A stretch of DNA of 12,110 bases from Promethearchaeota archaeon (GCA_048941285.1 JBHLNS010000027.1:1-12110); one strand, 5' to 3'. Positions 1 through 7,527 are shown, counted from the first letter of the stretch. Translations and numbers: made by a program. Notes: generated by a model not told the origin, from the sequence alone.

Positions 1-872
1 ATAGTCTCAGGAAGATTATCCACACATGATAATTGTTCATTAGCGTCTTTTACTTGCATATCAAAATTATGGATTGTGTAATTTGTAGGAAGACACAACT
101 CGGGATAAATTTGATTAGTTTTTGTTGGATTGAGTACATAATTCGCTCTAAAAAACTCACAACGCTTAACAGCATTTTCTGGATTATCATTATCTATAGC
201 TACAAAACAATTATATGTATAATCAATTTCTTCTGGATTACGACCGGCATTTTTAGCAGCTTCAACAATTTCTCTCTTGTTTTCTTTAAAAGATTCTGGA
301 GATTCGACAAAAGGATACCATCCATCACCTAATTCACCTGTCATTTGTCGAGTTTTGGGACCATTTGCAGCTATATATATAGGAGGTGTTTTCTGAATCG
401 GCTTAACTTGGATATAAGCTCTGTTAATATTACCCCAAAAATCACTCTTTCTACTCACTTTACGTTTTGTCCAAAATTCTCTCAATAATTCTATATATTC
501 CTGTAATTTTATTATTGATTTTTCGCGATTCAATCCATACATATCAACATTCATCTTTTCACCAGCACCCAGCCCTATCATAGCCCTTCCATTTGAGATT
601 TGATCTAAAGTCGCAACTTTTTGAGCCATTAAAGCAGGATGGAATCGATGAGGATCTGATACTCCTGTACATAATTTGGCTTTACATGTGATCATCGCTA
701 TTGAAGTAAGAAACATAAATGCATCATAGCAAGTTCCTGGACCTGGGGGTAGCATTACTGTATGATCTGCATAAAAAACATATTCAAAACCGCATTCCTC
801 TGCTTTTTTAGCTCCTTTATACATATAATCAAGTCGAGGCGTAGGAACTGGTATTGAAAATCCAAACTTCAT
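1..872 (-). CDS. LLM-class (luciferase-like) oxidoreductase, probably F420-dependent; 3'-truncated by the window edge
   Basis: Not in the ORF track; translated by hand from ATG at 872 and open to position 1 (290 codons). Reads MKFGFSIPVP...AEECGFEYVFYADH...LCTGVSDPHRFHPALMAQKVATLDQISNGRAMIGLGAGEKMN...PPIYIAANGPKTRQMTGELGDGWYP...AKNAGRNPEEI. These are typical LLM TIM-barrel motifs, and the protein is clearly paralogous to 2276..3406. Confidence 0.9.
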   Translation of the reverse strand, partial: MKFGFSIPVPTPRLDYMYKGAKKAEECGFEYVFYADHTVMLPPGPGTCYDAFMFLTSIAMITCKAKLCTGVSDPHRFHPALMAQKVATLDQISNGRAMIGLGAGEKMNVDMYGLNREKSIIKLQEYIELLREFWTKRKVSRKSDFWGNINRAYIQVKPIQKTPPIYIAANGPKTRQMTGELGDGWYPFVESPESFKENKREIVEAAKNAGRNPEEIDYTYNCFVAIDNDNPENAVKRCEFFRANYVLNPTKTNQIYPELCLPTNYTIHNFDMQVKDANEQLSCVDNLPET

Positions 873-1047
873 AATGTTTAAAATAATCTGAACCTTAAAA
901 GAATTTTTAGAATCTTAAATATTGATAAATCGAAATAGTATACTAAGAATATAGCAAATATTAAGATTTATTTATTAATTAGACTTCTATATTTCTCCAA
1001 AAGAATAATAATATACATTTTAGTGTTTTAATTATAAAGAAATTTTA

Positions 1048-1082
1048 ATTTTGATAATGTTCAAGATTTTGAACATCAAAAT
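1048..1082. promoter_or_regulatory. Operator-like inverted repeat upstream of the beta-helix gene
   Basis: Perfect 8-bp arms ATGTTCAA(1057-1064)-GATT-TTGAACAT(1069-1076), extended by ATTTTG(1048-1053)/CAAAAT(1077-1082) with a 3-nt bulge. It lies in a divergent intergenic region. Function is inferred only. Confidence 0.4.
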
Positions 1083-1142
1083 GATTATTAGGTTAAACTC
1101 CTTAATAGCTATAGATAAAACTAATCTTTAGACAAAACGAAT

Positions 1143-2159
1143 ATGAGAAAAATTTTCAATAGAACTATAATTCTATTATTTTTGGGAATTTTACTTGTTA
1201 ACCTAAGTGTTATTGTTTGTAATTTACCTTTGAATAATGTAAATCTAAGCAAAAGGGCCTATAGAGTCGATTTTAGTTTTGATGGTCTCCATATTAACTC
1301 ACCTGAGATCTCAGGAAGAATTCATATCGACAACAATTGGTCTGCTGTTAAAGCTGTAGGATTATGTTCTGGCAATGGTACTTTTAACGAACCTTATCTC
1401 ATAGAAAACTTGGTGATAAATGGTAGTGGAAATGGGAGTTGTATCCTAATTGAAAATTCTAATGTGTATTTTAAAATAGCAAATTGCACCATTTTCAAGG
1501 CAGTAGGACCTTTTTGGTTTCATGCTGGAATATCCTTAAATAATGTTTCTAATGCTCGCATAACAGAGAACAAATGTTCCTTAAACGTTAAGGGTAGATT
1601 CCTTAAATTTAGTGATAACAACACTATTACCAATAATAAAATATGCAATAATTATGAGAAAGAAATAGGAATTGGGGATAGCAATTATAACTTAATCTCA
1701 GAGGATATAGTTAATAACAAAATTGAGATTGGTATCTGGGTGATAAAAGGATTTAACAACACTATTTCGAGAAACACAGTAAATAACAATACACATATAG
1801 GCATAGTACTAGACCAAAGTGCTAACAACAGTATTTCACGAAACGCAGTAAGCAACAATACTAATTTTGGTATTTCTCTCTATTTGAGTGATGATAACAA
1901 GGTCTCGAGAAATACTGTAAATGATAATGATTATGGTATTTATTTATATCATAGTAAATTCAATCTAATCTCAGAAAACACTATGTTAAGAAATGCTGTT
2001 TGTATTGATGAAGAGAACTGTGTTGGAAACATATTCATTAATAATAGTATATGTAATTATGGTCAAGAAAATGCAATTTCTGGATTCAATCTGTTATCTC
2101 TACTAATTATTATGGGTATAATATTATTATTGAGTTATAAGACTACAAAGAAATCATAA
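1143..2159 (+). CDS. Secreted right-handed parallel beta-helix (NosD/CASH-like) surface protein with a C-terminal Loki-CTERM/PGF-CTERM-like anchor
   Basis: N-terminal signal peptide (MRKIFNRTIILLFLGILLVNL), Asn-rich 22-23 aa coils (NNTISRNTVNNNTHIGIVLDQSA / NNSISRNAVSNNTNFGISLYLSD), many N-x-S/T sequons, and a C-terminal ISGFN + hydrophobic helix + basic tail (KTTKKS). Confidence 0.85.
   Translation: MRKIFNRTIILLFLGILLVNLSVIVCNLPLNNVNLSKRAYRVDFSFDGLHINSPEISGRIHIDNNWSAVKAVGLCSGNGTFNEPYLIENLVINGSGNGSCILIENSNVYFKIANCTIFKAVGPFWFHAGISLNNVSNARITENKCSLNVKGRFLKFSDNNTITNNKICNNYEKEIGIGDSNYNLISEDIVNNKIEIGIWVIKGFNNTISRNTVNNNTHIGIVLDQSANNSISRNAVSNNTNFGISLYLSDDNKVSRNTVNDNDYGIYLYHSKFNLISENTMLRNAVCIDEENCVGNIFINNSICNYGQENAISGFNLLSLLIIMGIILLLSYKTTKKS
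1686..1958 (+). repeat. Degenerate in-frame tandem repeats (about 69 nt, 23 aa) encoding beta-helix coils
   Basis: Units start at 1686, 1755, 1824 and 1893. DNA similarity is visible, e.g. aacaacactatttcgagaaacacagtaaataacaat vs aacaacagtatttcacgaaacgcagtaagcaacaat. Confidence 0.7.
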
Positions 2160-2275
2160 ATAATACAGATCTTCTACTATTTTTTAAGTTCTTGCTAACC
2201 TTCAAATTAAAAGGATAAGTTATAAATTGATTTTAGATGATATAATTTAAGAATTAAATTTTTAAAAGTGATATT

Positions 2276-3406
2276 ATGGATATTAGTGATATAAAAATCG
2301 GTACTGAAGGAAGTTTCATTGGTCCTTTTGAAAAAGGAATCGAGCAAGTAAAGAGGATAGAAGAGAATGGGTATGATTCGGTATGGTTTGCAGACCATTT
2401 AATGGGTTGGACACCGGATAGTATATGGACACCTGATATTCTTAGAGCTGCTGAATTTATAGAGAGTCCCCATATATTTCAAGAAGTTTATTCTGTCATG
2501 GCTGTTGCCGCTTGGAATACAAATAAAATAAAATTAGGAACAAGTGTAACTGAAACATTTCGAAGACATCCTGCTGTTTTAGCTCAAACATTATTAACTC
2601 AAGATCATATCTCCAAGGGAAGAGTGATATTGGGTATTGGAACAGGAGAGGGTGAAAACGTAATTCCTTATGGAATAAAATGGGATAATCCGGTAGGTAG
2701 ATTAGAAGAATCTATTAAAGTTATTAAGTTATTATGGGAGAGCGATAAGAAAGTAAATTTTGAAGGAAAATTCTGGAAATTGAAAAATGCAGTTCTTACT
2801 CTAAAACCATTTAAAAAAGGTAAATATCCTCCTATTTGGATAGCTGCACATGGTCCCAAAATGCTTGATTTAACAGGAAGATTAGGTGATGGTTGGTTGC
2901 CTGCTTATTCTGATCCAGAATCTTATAAATATAGACTTGATCATATCAAAAATTCAGCAAAGAAAGCAAATAGAAATCCAGATGAAATTCTTCCAGGACT
3001 TTTTAGTTACCTAATTATTGATGATGAACATAATGTTTGTGATGATATGCTTGAACATCCTGTAATGAAAAATCAACTATTAACAATGCCACCTTCGATG
3101 TATAAAAAATATGGAGCCATCCATCCTTTTGGAGAGGATTTTTATGGATTACTGGAATACATCCCTACAGAATATGATAGAAAAACAATATTAGAAGCAA
3201 TAGATAAAATTCCTGCAAAAATGTGTGACGATAATACTTTACATGGGACACCTGATGAAGTAATTGGTAAAATTGAAGAATATGCTAAAGTGGGGCTAAG
3301 ACATATTGTCATTTATAATACAACATATTTAGCAGACATTACGAAGATAAAAAGCTCATTCGGTCTATTGAAAAAAGTATTACAATATTTTCATGATGAG
3401 AAATAG
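2276..3406 (+). CDS. LLM-class F420-dependent oxidoreductase (phthiodiolone ketoreductase Rv2951c-like subfamily)
   Basis: Motifs WFADH, LGTSVT, RRHPAVLAQ, GRVILGIGTGEGENVIPYGIKW, PPIWIAAHGPKMLDLTGRLGDGWLP and GTPDEV. The DH, GTSV and GTGE..N elements match F420-dependent FGD/Adf-type enzymes as I recall them; no search was run. Confidence 0.88.
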   Translation: MDISDIKIGTEGSFIGPFEKGIEQVKRIEENGYDSVWFADHLMGWTPDSIWTPDILRAAEFIESPHIFQEVYSVMAVAAWNTNKIKLGTSVTETFRRHPAVLAQTLLTQDHISKGRVILGIGTGEGENVIPYGIKWDNPVGRLEESIKVIKLLWESDKKVNFEGKFWKLKNAVLTLKPFKKGKYPPIWIAAHGPKMLDLTGRLGDGWLPAYSDPESYKYRLDHIKNSAKKANRNPDEILPGLFSYLIIDDEHNVCDDMLEHPVMKNQLLTMPPSMYKKYGAIHPFGEDFYGLLEYIPTEYDRKTILEAIDKIPAKMCDDNTLHGTPDEVIGKIEEYAKVGLRHIVIYNTTYLADITKIKSSFGLLKKVLQYFHDEK

Positions 3407-3412
3407 AAAGGA

Positions 3413-4258
3413 TTGATAGATTTGTACATTGATTGTCATGCCCACATATTTTTTAGCCCGATTCCTCAAGATGCTATAGACAAAGATATTGAGGGTGAAA
3501 TACCAACGCCTACCATAGACTTTATAAATAGAATGATATCTAATGCAAAAGAAAAAGGAGTAAGCCATATTGTAGGAGTAATCAGTAATCCAAATGATTT
3601 TCACAGATACAAAGAACAATTGGAGCTTGAAAATATTATAAATATCATTGGAATCTCAAGAAATAATTCGCTTGAAGACCAAACTTATTTAATTTCTCTT
3701 TTAAAAAAAGAAATTGAAGCAACAACCCCTCATGGAATTGGAGAGATTGGTTTAGAATATTCTTATGGTTCTGAAAAATTAAATGAACGTGAAAAAACCA
3801 AAATCAAGAATAAACAACAAGACTTATTTAGAAAACAAATAAAAATTGCTAAAGAATATGATATACCGATAGTAGTTCACGCAGGATATGGTACAGATAA
3901 TGATCTTGTTAAAATTCTAAAACAAGAACAAGCACATGATGTTGGAGGGCAAATTCACGGGTATATGTCCAATGAGAATTTGGTTTCTGAACTGCTTGAT
4001 CTAGGTTTTTATTTTTCATTTGGATATCTCCATTCGAGAGAAGAGGAATTAAAAAGAATTGTTAAAATTACTCCACCAGAAAAAATTCTTATTGAAACTG
4101 ATTCTCCTTATCATCTAATGGAATCCCCTAAACGTTTTATTTTTCCAGAACATGTAATTCTAATAACTAAAGAAATTGCTAACTTTAAGAAAATTGAGTC
4201 CCAAGACCTTGCTAAGTTAGTTATGAAAAATTGTAAAGCGCTTTTTAATTTCAATTGA
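3413..4258 (+). CDS. tatD: TatD-family metal-dependent hydrolase (divergent)
   Basis: Motifs IDCHAH (HxH), GIGEIGL, PIVVH, IHGY and LIETDSPY. TTG start 6 nt after the LLM stop, so probably co-transcribed. The symbol is at family level only. Confidence 0.85.
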   Translation: MIDLYIDCHAHIFFSPIPQDAIDKDIEGEIPTPTIDFINRMISNAKEKGVSHIVGVISNPNDFHRYKEQLELENIINIIGISRNNSLEDQTYLISLLKKEIEATTPHGIGEIGLEYSYGSEKLNEREKTKIKNKQQDLFRKQIKIAKEYDIPIVVHAGYGTDNDLVKILKQEQAHDVGGQIHGYMSNENLVSELLDLGFYFSFGYLHSREEELKRIVKITPPEKILIETDSPYHLMESPKRFIFPEHVILITKEIANFKKIESQDLAKLVMKNCKALFNFN

Positions 4259-4261
4259 GAA

Positions 4262-4594
4262 TTAGAAAATTTTAGTATGTCTCAAAAACACATTTTTTAT
4301 CCTCTTTAACATTGATCCTTCAGCACCCCATGTTACTCCTAATAATCCATGTTTACCTCCAGCAACAATAATATCAACTTGATATCGACTTTCATCAATA
4401 GGATCAATTATTATTGTTGCTGCTAAATTTGATTCAATTCTAAAAAAAAATTTTTCAGCGACTAGGACAATTGTTTGACCTTCATTGGTGCTGTATCGAA
4501 ATAAAGAAGTAGCTTCTCGATTAATACCTGCGATTATGTCGCTTAAATCCACTCGACTAATTGTAAATCTATCACATTCCATTTTTAAACTCAA
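4262..4594 (-). CDS. Small conserved hypothetical protein, DUF6054-like
   Basis: Pattern VAEKFFFRIESNLAATIII...VDIIVAGGKHGLLGVTWGAE resembles DUF6054 from memory. Start is TTG at 4594 or ATG at 4582. Converges on tatD with a 3-nt gap. Confidence 0.6.
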   Translation of the reverse strand: MSLKMECDRFTISRVDLSDIIAGINREATSLFRYSTNEGQTIVLVAEKFFFRIESNLAATIIIDPIDESRYQVDIIVAGGKHGLLGVTWGAEGSMLKRIKNVFLRHTKIF

Positions 4595-4687
4595 TTTAAT
4601 TGTTTAAGCCCTTAAGGTTAAGTATAATATTTCGCGTTTAAAAAGTTATTGGTTGTATAATAGGACTGGATTAAATATAAAAAGAAT

Positions 4688-5458
4688 CTACTTAAATCCT
4701 TGGCAGAAGGAATTAACGTTTTTTGGTAATACAAAATGATTGTACCCTCCCTCCAACAATGCATATCGCCTTCCACTGCATAATTTTTCAGAGTATTTTT
4801 TCATTAACTGACCAAGCTCAAAATAGTTTTCAGGTGATAAAAGATGTCCCCAATCATCGATGCCTTGATCAAAGCCTGCTGAAGCAGCGAATATATCTAT
4901 TTCTTTTAAATTTTCCATATATGATTTAACTTCTTTTATATAATTATTGGAGCTGCTAGAATCTGGATTTAGAATTTTTACTCTAAAATTATCATTTCGA
5001 TTTGTCAGAATATTCACATTTCCATCCCCCGTATGAAGATCAAAATCTAAAACGAATGCTGACTTGATTTTTCCTTCTGAATATAATTTCAATAAACTAA
5101 TGCTTATGTTATTAAAATAACAAAATCCCCAACATGAGTCTGCTGAAGCATGATGACCTGGTGGTCTTATTACAGCAAAAGTCGGATTTCCTTTAAATCC
5201 TTCTTCAGCAGCCATTATTGCCCCTCCAGCAGCTAATGACGCTAATTCATATAATAACGAATTATTTTTTATATTTTGAAGGTGCCTTTTGGTGTGAGCT
5301 CTTAGAATGTCTTCATCTGTTGCTGGATTAGGGGTAAAAATTTCATATTCTTTGTTTTCTGAGATTACTTTCATAATACCCTCTAAACGTCCTGCTGCCG
5401 CAGCAGGATCCCAGGCGTACTCAGAATTATAGTATTTTTCATGAAATACGATTTTCAT
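4688..5458 (-). CDS. Histone-deacetylase-superfamily Zn-dependent deacylase, short form
   Basis: Motifs RPPGHHA, GFCYFNN, LDFDLHTGDG, SAGFD and LEGGY are all present. A GAGG Shine-Dalgarno-like sequence lies upstream on the minus strand. Confidence 0.92.
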   Translation of the reverse strand: MKIVFHEKYYNSEYAWDPAAAAGRLEGIMKVISENKEYEIFTPNPATDEDILRAHTKRHLQNIKNNSLLYELASLAAGGAIMAAEEGFKGNPTFAVIRPPGHHASADSCWGFCYFNNISISLLKLYSEGKIKSAFVLDFDLHTGDGNVNILTNRNDNFRVKILNPDSSSSNNYIKEVKSYMENLKEIDIFAASAGFDQGIDDWGHLLSPENYFELGQLMKKYSEKLCSGRRYALLEGGYNHFVLPKNVNSFCQGFK

Positions 5459-5558
5459 AATTTTTTCCTCATTAATTAATTACATTTAAAAAACCATATG
5501 ATGAATATTATTTTAATCATTTTATTTGATTTAATGACTCTAATTACCAAGTAGGAAC

Positions 5559-6650
5559 ATGTCCAGTGATAATGAAATATTCCGGAAATTACAAATACAT
5601 TTAGATCAATTTCCTATAGGATTGCCAGCAACACCAACTGGAATTGAAATAAAAGTACTAAAGCACCTCTTTACAGATGAAGAAGCGTTCATAGCAACTA
5701 AATTAACCTGGGAATATGATCCTCTTGAAAAAATTTATGACCGTTTAGATGGAAGAGATATCTCTGCTGAGTCTTTAGAAGCCCTTCTCGAGAGTATGAT
5801 AAAAAAAGGTACTATAAAATACAAGAATGTTGACGGAAAAATACTATATGCTAATCTTCCACTCGTAGTTGGAATTTTTGAATACCAAGTTAATAAGCTC
5901 ACAAAGGAGTTTTTTGAGGATTTTGACGAGTATTTGATAAGTGCATTTGGAGCGGAGTTATTGGGGACTAAAATTTCTCAATTTCGTACCATTCCTGTAA
6001 AGAAAAGTGTTACTTCTGATACTTTTATATCAAACTATGATGAGATAAAGCGAGTAATTCAAAATTCTGAGGAACCTATTACTGTAGCAAATTGCGTTTG
6101 TCGTCAAAGCCAAGACTTGTATGATAAACATTGTGAACAAACTACTCTTAGAGAAACTTGTTTCTATTTTGGAACCACAGGGCAATTATTCTTAGATCAA
6201 GGATGGGCACGCCAGGTCAGCAGAGAAGAAGCTTTAGAAATATTAAATCAAGCTGAAATTGATGGTTTAGTTTTACAATCTGGAAATACAGAATATCCAG
6301 AATTTATTTGTAGTTGTTGTGGGTGTTGTTGTGCAATACTCACTAAATTACAAAAGCTTCCAAGGCCATCGAGGGTAGTATCCACTAATTTTTATGTTAA
6401 TGTTAATTCTGATTCATGTGCTGGATGTGGGACTTGCGTTGATAGATGTAAAATAAATGCAATTAAAATAACTGATAAGAAAGCAAAAGTTATATTAAAG
6501 AGATGCATTGGATGTGGTATATGTGTTCCTTCCTGTTTTGAACATGCAATTCAACTAAGAAAGAAAGAAGATGAAACAATTCCACCATCTTCAAAGCAGG
6601 AATTATTTTCTCAAATTATGGCTAAAAAGCAAGAATTAAGAAATAAATAA
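5559..6650 (+). CDS. Cys-rich iron-sulfur protein with a C-terminal 2x[4Fe-4S] ferredoxin domain
   Basis: CAGCGTCVDRC and CIGCGICVPSC ferredoxin motifs, central CVCR...C...ETC and ICSCCGCCC motifs, and a helical (HTH-like) N-terminus. Confidence 0.88.
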   Translation: MSSDNEIFRKLQIHLDQFPIGLPATPTGIEIKVLKHLFTDEEAFIATKLTWEYDPLEKIYDRLDGRDISAESLEALLESMIKKGTIKYKNVDGKILYANLPLVVGIFEYQVNKLTKEFFEDFDEYLISAFGAELLGTKISQFRTIPVKKSVTSDTFISNYDEIKRVIQNSEEPITVANCVCRQSQDLYDKHCEQTTLRETCFYFGTTGQLFLDQGWARQVSREEALEILNQAEIDGLVLQSGNTEYPEFICSCCGCCCAILTKLQKLPRPSRVVSTNFYVNVNSDSCAGCGTCVDRCKINAIKITDKKAKVILKRCIGCGICVPSCFEHAIQLRKKEDETIPPSSKQELFSQIMAKKQELRNK

Positions 6651-6669
6651 TAAATCTTTATAACAGCCT

Positions 6670-7494
6670 TTATTTTGAACCATAGGCAAATATTACAGAT
6701 TTTTGAAAAATATATTTTCCCTCATGTTCAAAATCTTGAATTCCATGTGGTAACATACTTTCCTTGAGATCATTAAGACTATTTGGATCTTGGTTTAAAG
6801 TATATCTCATTATCCAAGCGGCGTATTCCATCATTTCCCACCATTCCTCAACAGATTTATAATTTATTTTAAAATTTTTTGGAAGAATTCTAATATTGTT
6901 AAACCCAGCATCTTTCATAATCAATTTAAACCCAGAAACTGATTCTTTACTATAACTGATACTTAATTTTTCGATTTCATCATTTCTCTTTAACTTTTTA
7001 TATCTAAGATATTGCTGTAATAATCCTCTTGCGACTTCAATATCTTGTTGGAATGCCCAAGTACTAAAAGCTGCTTCTCCTTCTGGTTTTAGTACTCTAA
7101 AAATTTCTTTCATTTTTGCATTATCAATAAGTTGATTTTTTTCAAAATCACAGGAATCAGAAAAGCCAATAAATCCACATAAAACATTGTCAAAACTATT
7201 ATTTTCAAACTTTAGATTACTAGCTTCCATTATATGAAATGTTGCACTTCTTACATCAAAATTTTTAAACCTTTCCCCTGCTTGAGAGATTTTAGTTCCA
7301 TTTCGATCAATCCCAACTAAATGGCAATTCCCTCCTAATTTATCAGTAGCAGCAACTAAGCAAGCTCCGGTTCCTGTCCCAACATCAAGGATCTTTCCAT
7401 TACGCTTAAAATATGCAAATTCTACTAGTTCTTTAGCAAAATCTGACCAATAATCTAAACTTACAATTGGTAGATTGTTAATATTATCCTTCAT
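6670..7494 (-). CDS. Class I SAM-dependent methyltransferase (UbiE-like), substrate unknown
   Basis: Motif I ILDVGTGTG, acidic GID after beta-2, FENNSFDNVLC and EIFRVLKPEG. Confidence 0.9.
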   Translation of the reverse strand: MKDNINNLPIVSLDYWSDFAKELVEFAYFKRNGKILDVGTGTGACLVAATDKLGGNCHLVGIDRNGTKISQAGERFKNFDVRSATFHIMEASNLKFENNSFDNVLCGFIGFSDSCDFEKNQLIDNAKMKEIFRVLKPEGEAAFSTWAFQQDIEVARGLLQQYLRYKKLKRNDEIEKLSISYSKESVSGFKLIMKDAGFNNIRILPKNFKINYKSVEEWWEMMEYAAWIMRYTLNQDPNSLNDLKESMLPHGIQDFEHEGKYIFQKSVIFAYGSK

Positions 7495-7512
7495 TTGTTT
7501 TATTTTCTCGTC

Positions 7513-7527
7513 AAACTTTTAAAATAA
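7513..7527 (-). promoter_or_regulatory. Candidate archaeal TATA box for the methyltransferase gene
   Basis: TTTTAAAA (7517-7524) lies 23-30 nt upstream of the ATG at 7494, which fits a near-leaderless transcript. The same AAACTTTTAAAATAA string recurs at 10862-10876 upstream of the MFS gene, but in the opposite orientation relative to its gene. The AT-rich background makes this a weak call. Confidence 0.3.

Noticed and set aside
33-332. 99-aa plus-strand ORF from the track
   Set aside because: Antisense shadow of the real minus-strand LLM gene (<1..872); no recognisable motifs.
1590-1958. Possible diversity-generating-retroelement target (AAC-rich repeats in a surface protein)
   Set aside because: No reverse transcriptase or template/variable repeat pair is in the window, and the apparent substitutions are not adenine-specific. 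Asn codons are expected in beta-helices.
2207-3619. Short minus-strand ORFs 2207..2398, 2668..2859 and 3380..3619
   Set aside because: Antisense to the well-supported LLM and TatD genes; no independent evidence.
4256-4267. TGA at the end of tatD as possible selenocysteine
   Set aside because: It falls at the natural end of the domain, is followed almost immediately by an in-frame TAG and a convergent gene, and no convincing SECIS-like hairpin is visible.
4723-4929. 68-aa plus-strand ORF
   Set aside because: Antisense shadow within the HDAC-family gene.
6724-6740. Exact 17-nt match (reverse complement) to 1060..1076, i.e. most of the intergenic palindrome recurring inside the methyltransferase gene
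   Set aside because: The flanks are not homologous, and one such match in an AT-rich 12-kb self-comparison is not implausible by chance (rough estimate). I would revisit it only if the motif proves to be a real binding site.
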